Shown: positions 38,017-47,623 of the stretch, in pieces
How positions within the stretch are numbered: the stretch's first letter is position 1
Layout: every line of letters begins with the position of its first letter
Program-made: the position numbers and the translations under genes
The notes under the pieces: generated by a model
What the model was told of the DNA's origin: nothing
The model's input: only the letters and a program-made list of their open reading frames with translations
Databases searched by the model: none
NCBI GenBank assembly: GCA_937929825.1
Contig: CALFUV010000007.1
Coordinates: forward strand, 1 to 53,564
Source of the DNA: an uncultured Patescibacteria group bacterium
Lineage (GTDB): Bacteria > Patescibacteriota > Patescibacteriia > Veblenbacterales > UBA10138
Reading direction: 5' to 3'
Length of the DNA: 53,564 nucleotides

Positions 38017-40080
38017 ATGACAATTAAAGCTATAGCTAGTTTTATTGCCCTTCTATTAGCTGTCAATTCATGGGCTTGGCAAGAACAATCATTAGGTTTT
38101 GGCTTGGGAATAACTTGGTTAGTCATAACAGCTTGGTTATTAAGCGGTAGACTGGCCGATATATTAACATATAAAAGCGAAAGGATAGCTTGTGGTTTAG
38201 TGATAATTTTAATACTAGCCAGTTTAGTATCAACTATGGCTTTTTATTTAAACTTGTTTAGAAATTCTTATATTTTTATTCTTATAGCTTTACTGCCGTG
38301 GTTAGGTAAAAACACCAAAGAGTCGCACATAAAAAACGTGGCCAATAAATTGGTGGTAGTAAAATTAATTAACTGGTATTGGAGAATTTTATATATTTTA
38401 ATAGCTAGTAAAACGTGGCTTATTATACTGGCTTCGTCAACTCAAGAAGCTATTCGCTCTCCTTGGCAGGTCATTTCACCAAAAATTTTTTTAATGTTCG
38501 CCATTACAGCTGCCTTAGCTATAATTATAGCTCTTCAAAGCTCTAACTTTTTATGGCTAATACCTTTATATTTAATCTTTTTAGGAGTACTAGGCCTGAT
38601 TTATCCCTTAGGTTACGGGTTTGATCCTTTTATTCACCAAGTTTCAGAAAAAATACTTCTAGAAACAGGTACAATTTTACCTAAGCCATTTTATTATATA
38701 GGACAATACACTATGGTGGTTTTTTTGGCGACGGTTTTAAGATTACCAATTAACTTAATTGACATCTGGCTGGTACCTATAATAGCCAGTTTATTGATTC
38801 CTTTAATGGTTGTACTTTTAACGCGCCGCTTTATTAATTCAGGGTCATGGTCACTAGCTTTAGCATTAGTACCAACTATTTTCTCTTTAACTACTTTTAC
38901 CTATACCACCCCTCAAAGCTTAGCTTATTTATGGGTATTAACTACTATTTTTTTATTGGTAATCCAAATATTGGGAGCTAGAATACCAGTTATATACATG
39001 TGGCTAACCGGCGCAGCAAGTTTAGTTACTCATCCTCTCGCCGGGCTACCTATTATCGGCTTGTTATTTGCTAAAACAATAAAAGATTACGGAAAAAATC
39101 TTAAATATAAGAGATTGTTATACTGGTTAGGGGGAATTTTCTCTGCTTTAATAGTACCCATCTCTTTTGCTATATTCAGCTGGTTAAAACCATCGGCCGC
39201 CAGTATTATATTAACCTCGGATATAATTGGTAATATAAAAAAAATAGGGCTGGATGTATTTAATCAACTGCCTTTTTGGCCCAGATTTATTGATTTACCA
39301 GATATTGTTTATATTTGGGGACGCCCAGCTGGATTATTTTTTATTATATTAGCCCTGATCGGTTACTGGGTGGCTAAAGAAAAAATGGCTGGTTTACGCT
39401 GGCTTGGTTGGGCTGCAATATGGCCAACTGTCGGCTATTTATTGCTATCATTGCTAACAGAGTTTCCAAATCTACCACCAAATGAACAAAATTTTTATTC
39501 CATTAGACTTTGGGATTTAGCTTTATTAATGCTTTGGCCGTTGGCAATTTGGGGTGTCTATCAAATTTTAAAACTCCTACTTATTAAAATTAATCACCCT
39601 AGTAATATTATTTTACTAAGTTCGCTTTTATTAACTGTCAGCTTTTATTTAAATTACCCTCGCTTTGATATTTGGCAAAGACATACTGCTTATAACACTA
39701 CTTATTATGATGTAGCGGCAGTAAAATTAATTGAAAAAATGGCTGAGGGAGCACCTTATGTCGTATTAGCCAATCAGGCTGTATCGGCAGCGGCGATAAG
39801 AGAATTTGGCTTTGCTAAATATTTTGACGGTAACTTTTACTATCCACTACCCACCGGAACTAATCCTTTGTATCAAATTTATTTAAACGCAGCTGAACGT
39901 AACCTGCCTAAACGTGAAATAATTAAACCTGCCGCCCCACCGGGCGTGCCTCAAGTATTTTTAGTTCTCAATCGTTATTGGGCTAATTATGAAAATCTTA
40001 AAAAAATAGCAATGAAAGAAGCGGATGCTTGGTGGGAAATAGGCCAAGGCAGAATTACTGTTTACCGCTACGACTTTTAA
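38017..40080 (+). CDS. Polytopic membrane protein, possible GT-C glycosyltransferase
   Basis: More than 12 hydrophobic segments; GFDPFIH loop, HPL motif, soluble C-terminal domain; glycan-locus context. Confidence 0.6.
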   Translation: MTIKAIASFIALLLAVNSWAWQEQSLGFGLGITWLVITAWLLSGRLADILTYKSERIACGLVIILILASLVSTMAFYLNLFRNSYIFILIALLPWLGKNTKESHIKNVANKLVVVKLINWYWRILYILIASKTWLIILASSTQEAIRSPWQVISPKIFLMFAITAALAIIIALQSSNFLWLIPLYLIFLGVLGLIYPLGYGFDPFIHQVSEKILLETGTILPKPFYYIGQYTMVVFLATVLRLPINLIDIWLVPIIASLLIPLMVVLLTRRFINSGSWSLALALVPTIFSLTTFTYTTPQSLAYLWVLTTIFLLVIQILGARIPVIYMWLTGAASLVTHPLAGLPIIGLLFAKTIKDYGKNLKYKRLLYWLGGIFSALIVPISFAIFSWLKPSAASIILTSDIIGNIKKIGLDVFNQLPFWPRFIDLPDIVYIWGRPAGLFFIILALIGYWVAKEKMAGLRWLGWAAIWPTVGYLLLSLLTEFPNLPPNEQNFYSIRLWDLALLMLWPLAIWGVYQILKLLLIKINHPSNIILLSSLLLTVSFYLNYPRFDIWQRHTAYNTTYYDVAAVKLIEKMAEGAPYVVLANQAVSAAAIREFGFAKYFDGNFYYPLPTGTNPLYQIYLNAAERNLPKREIIKPAAPPGVPQVFLVLNRYWANYENLKKIAMKEADAWWEIGQGRITVYRYDF

Positions 40081-40143
40081 ATAATAAAGCAATGAAAGTA
40101 TTAAAAATATAAACTCCTTATAAAATAACTTTTAAAAATATTT

Positions 40144-41343
40144 TTAATGCTTCACCACTTTAGAAACTACCAGTTGAGAAACATATTTTTCCAACGTTCT
40201 ATCGGCAAAAACTCGACTACCCGTTAACCCGGCTTTTAACAATTCAGCCGGATTTTTAAGACACCAGCTTACTTTTTTAGCAAAATCATCACTATCGCCA
40301 GGCTTGTATAACCAGCCTGTTTTTCCTTCTTCAACAAGCTCCGGAATACCCCCCAAATTCACAGCCAACACCGGAGTACCGGCTAACAAAGATTTGGTAA
40401 TTGAAGTTGGAGAATTTTCATAACATAAACTGGGTATAATTGATAGATGGCTAGATTGATAAAGTGCATCAATTTCAGACTGTGACATAAGATCGTGTAC
40501 AACAAACCTATTATCTTCTCCTATCAAATGTTTTAATTCTGTCACACGTGATTTTTGACCCACCGCCACCAAATGTAATATAAAGTTACGCTGTTTTAAT
40601 CTTTTAATCTGCTCCACTAACCAAAAAACTCCCTTATGAAACTCAAACTGGCCTACATATAATAGACGAAGTGGTTCTGCTGTGGTTTTAATATGTGGAG
40701 TGGCTTGAAAAGGCGGTACTGGATTAGGCAAAACTCGGATGTGACTGTGCTTAAAAAATCCCCGTTGTTGATGTTCTTGAAGTAACCAAATAGAAGGAGA
40801 AATAACAGTTAATACAGGCTCAAAAAGCCAACCTGTTATCTTCTGATAAACTTTCATTGACCAAGAACGATAAATCTGCCCCCAGATAAATAAACCAGTG
40901 GGATGAAGTAGTTGCACATCATGCAAAACATGAGTGTGTGGAATTTTTAGTTTATTTAAAAGACGCGGTACATTAAAACCTAAACCCATTAAATTAAAAC
41001 TTATGGCTTGATCCGGTTTAAATTCATGAATAATTTTTTTAAGCACATAACCGGTATGCCAGTTCCATAAATTAATCAATTGCCATAAAAACCTAAAGGG
41101 ATAAAAAAACTTGGAAGCATTTAAATAATGATAAAAATTTAAAGGATAAAAACGATAAACATCCACCCCTTCCTCTTGGCGTAACTCAGGACTTAATTTT
41201 TTTACACTAGGCCAAGGCACTGTAGTAACCACTGCCACTTTATATCCTTGCCTTACTAACTCCTTAACTACTTCCTCACCTAGATATTCAGCCCCGCCGC
41301 GCACATAAGGCGGATACAAATTTGATAAATACAAAATTCTCAT
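40144..41343 (-). CDS. Glycosyltransferase family 4
   Basis: YPPYVRGGAE, YVGQFEFHKG, PSLCYENSP, GTPVLAVNLGGIPE. Confidence 0.92.
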   Translation of the reverse strand: MRILYLSNLYPPYVRGGAEYLGEEVVKELVRQGYKVAVVTTVPWPSVKKLSPELRQEEGVDVYRFYPLNFYHYLNASKFFYPFRFLWQLINLWNWHTGYVLKKIIHEFKPDQAISFNLMGLGFNVPRLLNKLKIPHTHVLHDVQLLHPTGLFIWGQIYRSWSMKVYQKITGWLFEPVLTVISPSIWLLQEHQQRGFFKHSHIRVLPNPVPPFQATPHIKTTAEPLRLLYVGQFEFHKGVFWLVEQIKRLKQRNFILHLVAVGQKSRVTELKHLIGEDNRFVVHDLMSQSEIDALYQSSHLSIIPSLCYENSPTSITKSLLAGTPVLAVNLGGIPELVEEGKTGWLYKPGDSDDFAKKVSWCLKNPAELLKAGLTGSRVFADRTLEKYVSQLVVSKVVKH

Positions 41344-42464
41344 GATAACTGACGATAAATATCAAGCAACCTTTGGCCAACGACTGGCCAACGGTAATTC
41401 TCCTGTACTCTCTTAAAAGCTTTCTGTCCCATTATAGTTCTCTGTTCCGGGGAATTTAATAATCCCTCCAAAGCTGCGGCTAAACCTAACTCGTCTCCCG
41501 GCTCTACCAGTAAACCATTTTCTCCCTGAATAACCAGTTCCCGAACACCAGGTAAACGTGAGGCTATTACCGGCAAACCCGTAGCCATAGCTTCCAAAGC
41601 TACCAGGCCAAAAGCCTCAGCCGAATTAACTGAAGGTAAAACAAAAACCGACGCTAAACGATAATAATCCGGTAATTCGGCTACTGGTACATAACCGGCA
41701 AAAATAGCTTGTTTACCAAGTTTTAAAGCGCGGGCCTGTTGTTGATAACGATTACGCCAAGATCCTCCGCCAACTACTATTAGTTTCCAATTACGATTAT
41801 TTAATCTAGTTAAAGCTCGTAACAAAATTGATAAACCCTTAAAAGCATGAGCTTTATCTAAAGTGGCTACAAATAATATTACTGCTTCGCCGTAACGCAC
41901 ATTGAATTTTCTTACCAATCTCTCTGGCTCGTCTCCCGGAAAAAATCTATCATCAACTCCAAAAGTCACTACTTGCCACTTTTCCGCCTGTCCCATTCTT
42001 GGCAGAGCCACACTTTTAATATAATCTGCAGTGGCCGCAGTTAAAACATCTGCCCGAAGCGCTATTCTTTTATCGGTGTAATTCAAACTTGCCTTCATTA
42101 ACCACCCCCGTCCACCGCTAGTCTGCGGCAACATATGATAAGTAATTATTAATTTTATTCTTGGATTTAAATTAACTAATCTTTCTTGCACACCAAAAAA
42201 AGGATAATGTAGATGAACGGCGTCAAATTTATCTAAAATACTTTTTAACCCAGGTAACCAAGCTGCTTTACCCCAAGCTAACAACGGCTTTTTAGCCACC
42301 ACATTTACCCCCGGCGTATTCATAAATGTCATGGCCGGATGATAACTGGGTGTAATAACTGTAACCTGATGCTCAGCTGTGAGTAACGAAGCATACTGCC
42401 GCGCTACTTCACCTATACCTCCACCATAAGGCGGATAAACGCATGATAAGTGTACTATTCTCAT
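41340..42464 (-). CDS. Glycosyltransferase family 4
   Basis: YPPYGGGI, FKG, EAFGLVALEAMATGLPVIAS (EX7E). Confidence 0.94.
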   Translation of the reverse strand: MRIVHLSCVYPPYGGGIGEVARQYASLLTAEHQVTVITPSYHPAMTFMNTPGVNVVAKKPLLAWGKAAWLPGLKSILDKFDAVHLHYPFFGVQERLVNLNPRIKLIITYHMLPQTSGGRGWLMKASLNYTDKRIALRADVLTAATADYIKSVALPRMGQAEKWQVVTFGVDDRFFPGDEPERLVRKFNVRYGEAVILFVATLDKAHAFKGLSILLRALTRLNNRNWKLIVVGGGSWRNRYQQQARALKLGKQAIFAGYVPVAELPDYYRLASVFVLPSVNSAEAFGLVALEAMATGLPVIASRLPGVRELVIQGENGLLVEPGDELGLAAALEGLLNSPEQRTIMGQKAFKRVQENYRWPVVGQRLLDIYRQLS

Positions 42465-42486
42465 AACTTGCTTAATTGTACCATGA

Positions 42487-43536
42487 TTACCAGCGGAAAA
42501 GCGGCTTTAACCAACGCCAAACAAAAGCCGATAAAGGATTAAATAAATATTTAGTCAAAAAACCTGTTTCTTCAGCTTGATAAACTATTTTATCAGCCGC
42601 ATAAGCTAATAAGTCAACATTACGCTTATTACCTAAAGATTTAATTTGCCGTTTAAACTGGAAAATCATAGACCAGCTTCTAGGCTTCATAAAATAACCG
42701 TAAGATTTAAATTTTTCTAAAAACCACCCCTTAAAAATGCTGATTATTAATAACATTATTTCTGAAATAATAAAAAAAGGCCCTAGTAATAATAAAGTTC
42801 GCCAACTAAAAATTTCATTCCAAACAATCAACCGATTACGTTCCATGTAATAATACTTACACCGGCTGCGCGCTGATTCATAATAATGAACTACCCGCGC
42901 CACCGGCAAGACAGCCAAGCGCCAACCGGCTATACGCAAACGCAAACTAAGTTCCAAATCTTCATGATACATAAAGAGCTCTTGATTAAAAAAACCAACC
43001 TGCTGTAAGGCTTTGGTTCTTAACAATACTGCTGCGCCAGATAAATAAGGCGGCTCGGTATTATTTTTAAGCCACAATACTTTTAACTTGGCTTCCTCCA
43101 TAGTTAAACCATTGCCGCCAGACTCGGCAAAACCCAAATAGTGAAAACTGTTGCCTATAGAATTTACTCTGCCGTCCGGCAATAAAATAGCCGGTTGCAC
43201 ACCGCCAACAACCGGATTATTTTTCAAATACTCAACCAATAAGTCTAAACAGCCCGCAGTAATCTCTGTGTCTTGGTTCAGCAAAAAAACTGCTTCAGCA
43301 CCATCATTTATAGCGGTTTTGATTCCAAAATTATTACCGCCGGCAAAACCAAGATTAATTTCTTGTTTGAATAATTTTATTTCAGGAAAACCAGCAACAA
43401 TTACTGCTGAATTATCAGTAGAAGCGTTATCAATCACATAAACCGGCACCTGTGGCGCATAAGTTTGACAAGATTTTAAACATTTCTCCAGCCACTTCTG
43501 TCCGTTATAGCTAACAATAACAATCGCTGTTTGCAT
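42487..43536 (-). CDS. Glycosyltransferase family 2 (WbbL/rhamnosyltransferase-like)
   Basis: IVSYN, IDNASTD, NLGFAGGNN, LLNQD, FMYHED. Confidence 0.9.
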   Translation of the reverse strand: MQTAIVIVSYNGQKWLEKCLKSCQTYAPQVPVYVIDNASTDNSAVIVAGFPEIKLFKQEINLGFAGGNNFGIKTAINDGAEAVFLLNQDTEITAGCLDLLVEYLKNNPVVGGVQPAILLPDGRVNSIGNSFHYLGFAESGGNGLTMEEAKLKVLWLKNNTEPPYLSGAAVLLRTKALQQVGFFNQELFMYHEDLELSLRLRIAGWRLAVLPVARVVHYYESARSRCKYYYMERNRLIVWNEIFSWRTLLLLGPFFIISEIMLLIISIFKGWFLEKFKSYGYFMKPRSWSMIFQFKRQIKSLGNKRNVDLLAYAADKIVYQAEETGFLTKYLFNPLSAFVWRWLKPLFRW

Positions 43537-43610
43537 AAAAAATATACAATTTCAATTTTACCACAAAAATACCATTCAAAAAAGCGATGCGGTTGTGTAA
43601 TATTATGTAA

Positions 43611-44051
43611 CTAAATATGTTTATTTATTTTTTGTCTCTTAAACAAATTATCCAAACTGAACTTATCTAGCTCGCTAGCCAGCAAAGCTAAAGCCGCACC
43701 AAGTAGCCCGACATTTTTCCAAATTAAAGAAAAATCCAGAATAACAAAAAACAGCACAAATACAATAATTGAAACCAAGGCGGTTAAGGGTACTAAAAAA
43801 CCAACCAATAGTGCGAGTCCTAGAAGCAACTCCAAATACGACTGCACCCAAACAAAACCTTCGGGATCAAACGGCAACCAATAAAGACTGCTCACCAAGT
43901 CAATGGCTTCGCCACGATTAGCACATACGCCAATAGAGCTTTCGGGTGAAATAATTTTAGATAAACCACTCCAGAAAAAAATAAATCCTAAACCAAGGCG
44001 TAAAAACAATGGTAAGTATGGTTTTAACTTTAATGAAAAATTTTCTAACAT
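43611..44051 (-). CDS. DoxX-family membrane protein
   Basis: LRLGLG..F..SGLSK, ELLLGLALLVG, KNVGLLG. Confidence 0.82.
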   Translation of the reverse strand: MLENFSLKLKPYLPLFLRLGLGFIFFWSGLSKIISPESSIGVCANRGEAIDLVSSLYWLPFDPEGFVWVQSYLELLLGLALLVGFLVPLTALVSIIVFVLFFVILDFSLIWKNVGLLGAALALLASELDKFSLDNLFKRQKINKHI

Positions 44052-44054
44052 AAT

Positions 44055-44390
44055 TTACTTATCCTCTTTTTTATTCCTTAGCGCTAGCTCACGTACAATT
44101 CTGGTTAATTCTCGTTCATGGCGCTCCAGACGTACAAATATCTTAAATAATAAATAAAAAGCCAGCACCACGGACAAATAGATTACCAAATCGCTACCAC
44201 GACCTACACCTACCAATTGGGCTAAATAGGAAGCTGTATCGGGCACAATAATCAAAAAAGCCGCCACCAGCCAAAGCAGGAACCATTCCACAAATTCACG
44301 TTTAGTGAGCTCACCGACAGCCAAACGTTTATACAAACGCCAAAAAATTACTAAAACTATTATTAATAAGATAATTTGAATAATGCTCAT
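44055..44390 (-). CDS. DUF2304 small membrane protein (GacJ-like)
   Basis: LAQLVGVGRGSDL and C-terminal LTRIVRELAL; directly after a DPM1-like GT2. Confidence 0.88.
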   Translation of the reverse strand: MSIIQIILLIIVLVIFWRLYKRLAVGELTKREFVEWFLLWLVAAFLIIVPDTASYLAQLVGVGRGSDLVIYLSVVLAFYLLFKIFVRLERHERELTRIVRELALRNKKEDK

Positions 44391-44399
44391 AAATTTATC

Positions 44400-45074
44400 T
44401 TACCGCAAGAACTTACCTATTAACAAATCCTTTACTATCTTGGCGGCAGGAAAACTACCCTGCTTAGAAGAATGTAAACTGTAATCAGTATAAACAACCG
44501 TTACCGGAACTTCTTGATAAGGTATCTTGTGTTTGGCCAGCTCTTGGATTATCTCGGAACTTATAGCCATTCTGTCCTGTTTTAAATTCATTAATCGCCA
44601 AGCTTCAGCGGTAAAGGCTCGCAAGCCGTTATGCGTATCAGTTAATTTTAAACCACTAGTTACCCAAGTAAATAAAACAGCCAACTTTAAAGTAATTTTT
44701 CTCAAAATTGGTATATTAACCGCTCGCCCCAAAAATCTGGAGCCTAAAGCGGCGCTAGATTGACCTGCTGTAAGCACAGATATCAATTTAGGTACATCAG
44801 TTGCATCAAATTGTCCATCGGCATCAAAATGCACTATCGCCTGTGCCCCTTGCCCCAAGGCGTATTCACTGCCTGTAATCAAGGCTGCGCCATAACCACG
44901 GTTTACTAAATGACGTAAAACTATTGCCCCGGCCTGTTTAGCTACTTCAAAAGTATTATCTGTAGAACCATCGTCTACTACCACCACCTTATTAACATAA
45001 GGTTTAAGACTTAAAATTACCTGACCTACTGAATACTCTGCTTCATAAGCAGGAACAACAGCTGTTACTTTCAT
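44400..45074 (-). CDS. DPM1-like GT2 (polyprenyl-phosphate glycosyltransferase, GacI-like)
   Basis: VVDDGSTD, RHLVNRGYGAAL, FDADGQ, GSRF, TDTHNGLRA. Confidence 0.92.
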   Translation of the reverse strand: MKVTAVVPAYEAEYSVGQVILSLKPYVNKVVVVDDGSTDNTFEVAKQAGAIVLRHLVNRGYGAALITGSEYALGQGAQAIVHFDADGQFDATDVPKLISVLTAGQSSAALGSRFLGRAVNIPILRKITLKLAVLFTWVTSGLKLTDTHNGLRAFTAEAWRLMNLKQDRMAISSEIIQELAKHKIPYQEVPVTVVYTDYSLHSSKQGSFPAAKIVKDLLIGKFLR

Positions 45075-45988
45075 AATATTTCTTTAAACCACTTTAATGT
45101 TTGCCTTAAGCCATCTGTTAAAGGGGTTTGTGCTTGCCAACCTAAATCACGCTTAGCGCGAATAGGAGATAAAGAACTGCGTTTAACGTCATTTGGCCGC
45201 GCTGGAGCATAAGTAACATTAGGCACAGTTCCGGCAACCTCACCAATTTTAACTGCTAATTCTCTGATAGAAATTTCCTGGCCTGTACTTAAATTGTAAA
45301 TTCCCCGACCCTTTTCCATAGCAATTATCAAACCCTGCACAGCATCAGAAACATAAAGAAAATCGCGTGTTTGCTCGCCTCGCCCCTCAATCACTAATTT
45401 TTTATTACTTAATACAGCCGCCGCAAACTTAGCCGCTACCCCGCCCTCACCCGAATATCTTTGTCTTGGTCCGTAAACATTAGACAAACGAACAATGACT
45501 GCTGGTAACTGGCCATTAGATTCAAATAATGACAAGTATTGCTCGGCTGAGTATTTAGAAACAGCGTAAGGTGAATTTAACTGTAAGTCAGAGTCTTCAG
45601 GAGTAGGTATTTCTCTGGCTTGGCCATAAACAGCGGCAGTAGAAACAAATAAAAATTTTTTTAAGCTACGCCCCGCAGCCGCGGCCAAAGTATTTACGGT
45701 TCCTAAAATATTAACGCTGGCGTCTTTAGTTGGTTCACGAACAGAATCAACTACACTTAATTGGGCAGCCAAATGACAAATATAATCTGGCCGCCAATCA
45801 CGCACCAAAGAACGAAAAGCTTGAGTACGAACATCCAGCTTGCGCCAACTGACTGTTTTAGGAATATTGCTTTTTTGACCGGTAGATAAATCATCAACTA
45901 CTGCCACCTGATAGCCGGCCCTAATTAAGTGTTCTGTTAAATGAGAGCCAATAAATCCTGCTCCACCGGTTACTAAAACCCTGTTCAT
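45071..45988 (-). CDS. NDP-sugar 4-epimerase (GalE-like extended SDR)
   Basis: VTGGAGFIGSH, STAAVYG, YAVSK, NVYGPRQ, QTRDF. Confidence 0.88.
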   Translation of the reverse strand: MNRVLVTGGAGFIGSHLTEHLIRAGYQVAVVDDLSTGQKSNIPKTVSWRKLDVRTQAFRSLVRDWRPDYICHLAAQLSVVDSVREPTKDASVNILGTVNTLAAAAGRSLKKFLFVSTAAVYGQAREIPTPEDSDLQLNSPYAVSKYSAEQYLSLFESNGQLPAVIVRLSNVYGPRQRYSGEGGVAAKFAAAVLSNKKLVIEGRGEQTRDFLYVSDAVQGLIIAMEKGRGIYNLSTGQEISIRELAVKIGEVAGTVPNVTYAPARPNDVKRSSLSPIRAKRDLGWQAQTPLTDGLRQTLKWFKEIL

Positions 45989-46025
45989 TATATTTTCAGC
46001 TTCTTAAACTTAAGTTTTAAGATAA

Positions 46026-47069
46026 TTAAACATTAAAACTTTTGGAAAATGGATCACCGGCCTTCATATCCAGTAAATTTTGATGAGCTTTAAAATAATC
46101 AATAGTTTGACGCAAACCTTCAACTAAAGGAATTAAAGGAAACCAGCCTATTTCTTCTTTAATCTTACTAATATCAGGCACTCCCTGTTTAGATAAATAA
46201 GGAGGCGGTGTTTTATTTTCCACCGGTAATTTTACATCTACTAACTGCATAATTAGTTTAGCTACATCTATTAATTTATATTGTTCCGGCGAACCAAGAT
46301 TATAAATACCGCTACCTGTATGCGACATTAGTTTTATTAATCCTTCCACTACATCGGAAACATAGCAAAAAGTGGAAATATCATCTTCAGCGCCGTAGAT
46401 AACCATCGGCTGTTTAGCAATAGCTTTATTGACTAAATCAGGAATCATGCGTCCATCGTTTAATTTAGTACGAGGACCATAAGTATTAAATATTCTGGCA
46501 ATTATAAAAGGCATTTTTTTGGCAGTAGCATAACTATAAACCAAACTTTCAGCATATCTTTTGCCTTCGTTATAACAACTACGCGGACCAACCGGATCGA
46601 TATAACCCCAATAATTTTCGGTAAAAGGCTGGTTATTATAAGGTTCACCATAAATAGCTGCCGTAGAAGCATGTACTATTTTAGCGTCAGATTTATAAGC
46701 AATTTCTAAAGCGTGTTTGGTGCCTTGTGCATTAGCTTGCAGCGTTTCTAATGGTAATTTTTTGTATTCCAGAGGACTTGTAGGACAGGCTAAATTATAA
46801 ACTTCCTGCACGCCCTGAACTTTAACTTTAAAAATATCCAATTCAGGAAAACTTTCCAAATCAAGCGGCTCGGACATATCGTGGCGAATGAATTTAAAAT
46901 GAGGATTTTGAAGTAATAAATCAATATTTTCTTCCACACCGGTAATAAAATTATCAACACAAATGACATTTCTGCTCTTCACTAACTCATCACACAAATG
47001 AGAGCCAATAAAACCAGCGCCGCCGGTTACCAGGGCTGTTGGCCTATCTAATAATTTTACGGGTGTCAT
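46026..47069 (-). CDS. UDP-glucuronate decarboxylase (UXS)-like SDR with altered active site
   Basis: VDNFITG, NLACPTSP, YWGYIDPVGPRSCYNEGKRYAE, RIFNTYGPR, DGR; TSE motif replaced by TAA. Confidence 0.85.
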   Translation of the reverse strand: MTPVKLLDRPTALVTGGAGFIGSHLCDELVKSRNVICVDNFITGVEENIDLLLQNPHFKFIRHDMSEPLDLESFPELDIFKVKVQGVQEVYNLACPTSPLEYKKLPLETLQANAQGTKHALEIAYKSDAKIVHASTAAIYGEPYNNQPFTENYWGYIDPVGPRSCYNEGKRYAESLVYSYATAKKMPFIIARIFNTYGPRTKLNDGRMIPDLVNKAIAKQPMVIYGAEDDISTFCYVSDVVEGLIKLMSHTGSGIYNLGSPEQYKLIDVAKLIMQLVDVKLPVENKTPPPYLSKQGVPDISKIKEEIGWFPLIPLVEGLRQTIDYFKAHQNLLDMKAGDPFSKSFNV

Positions 47070-47120
47070 AAATTAATTAATTATATATTTATTTTAACTA
47101 AAATAAGTGTTCTTATCAAA

Positions 47121-47558
47121 TTAAAAAACAGAATCTATCCGAGAACAAAAAACGAGCTTCTTTAAAACCCTAAAATAAAGAATCATACCCAAACCAATAA
47201 TTATAATCTTGGCCAAAAGATCATAAACACCTAAATGAGAAACTAACCACCACAACCCCAACTGAATAAAGCCAATATAAACTAAAGAGGTGCTTAAAAA
47301 TTCAAAATACTGCCGCCAAATTTTGCCGTGTTTAACTTTAAAAGTCCAATGCCGGTTCCAATAAAAACTGTTAAAGTTAGCTATTAAAAAAGCCAAAAAG
47401 TTAGCCAGTAAATAATGTTCCTGCCAATAAATAAAACTGCGAGTTAAAAAAATATAAACTATAAAATCAACCAGCGCGTTGCTAACACCCACAGTTAAAA
47501 AGCGGCTAAATTGCCATAGAGTATTCTTGATTCTATTTTCAATAACCGGCACGGTCAT
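47121..47558 (-). CDS. GtrA-family membrane protein (lipid-linked sugar translocation)
   Basis: RFLTVGVSNALVD, AN, NSFYWNRHWTF, AK; 4 TM. Confidence 0.9.
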   Translation of the reverse strand: MTVPVIENRIKNTLWQFSRFLTVGVSNALVDFIVYIFLTRSFIYWQEHYLLANFLAFLIANFNSFYWNRHWTFKVKHGKIWRQYFEFLSTSLVYIGFIQLGLWWLVSHLGVYDLLAKIIIIGLGMILYFRVLKKLVFCSRIDSVF

Positions 47559-47623
47559 ATAAAAATACTTAAAAAAATAAATTTTTTAATTACCTAAACC
47601 TAATAAATATTGGAAACGTAAAT

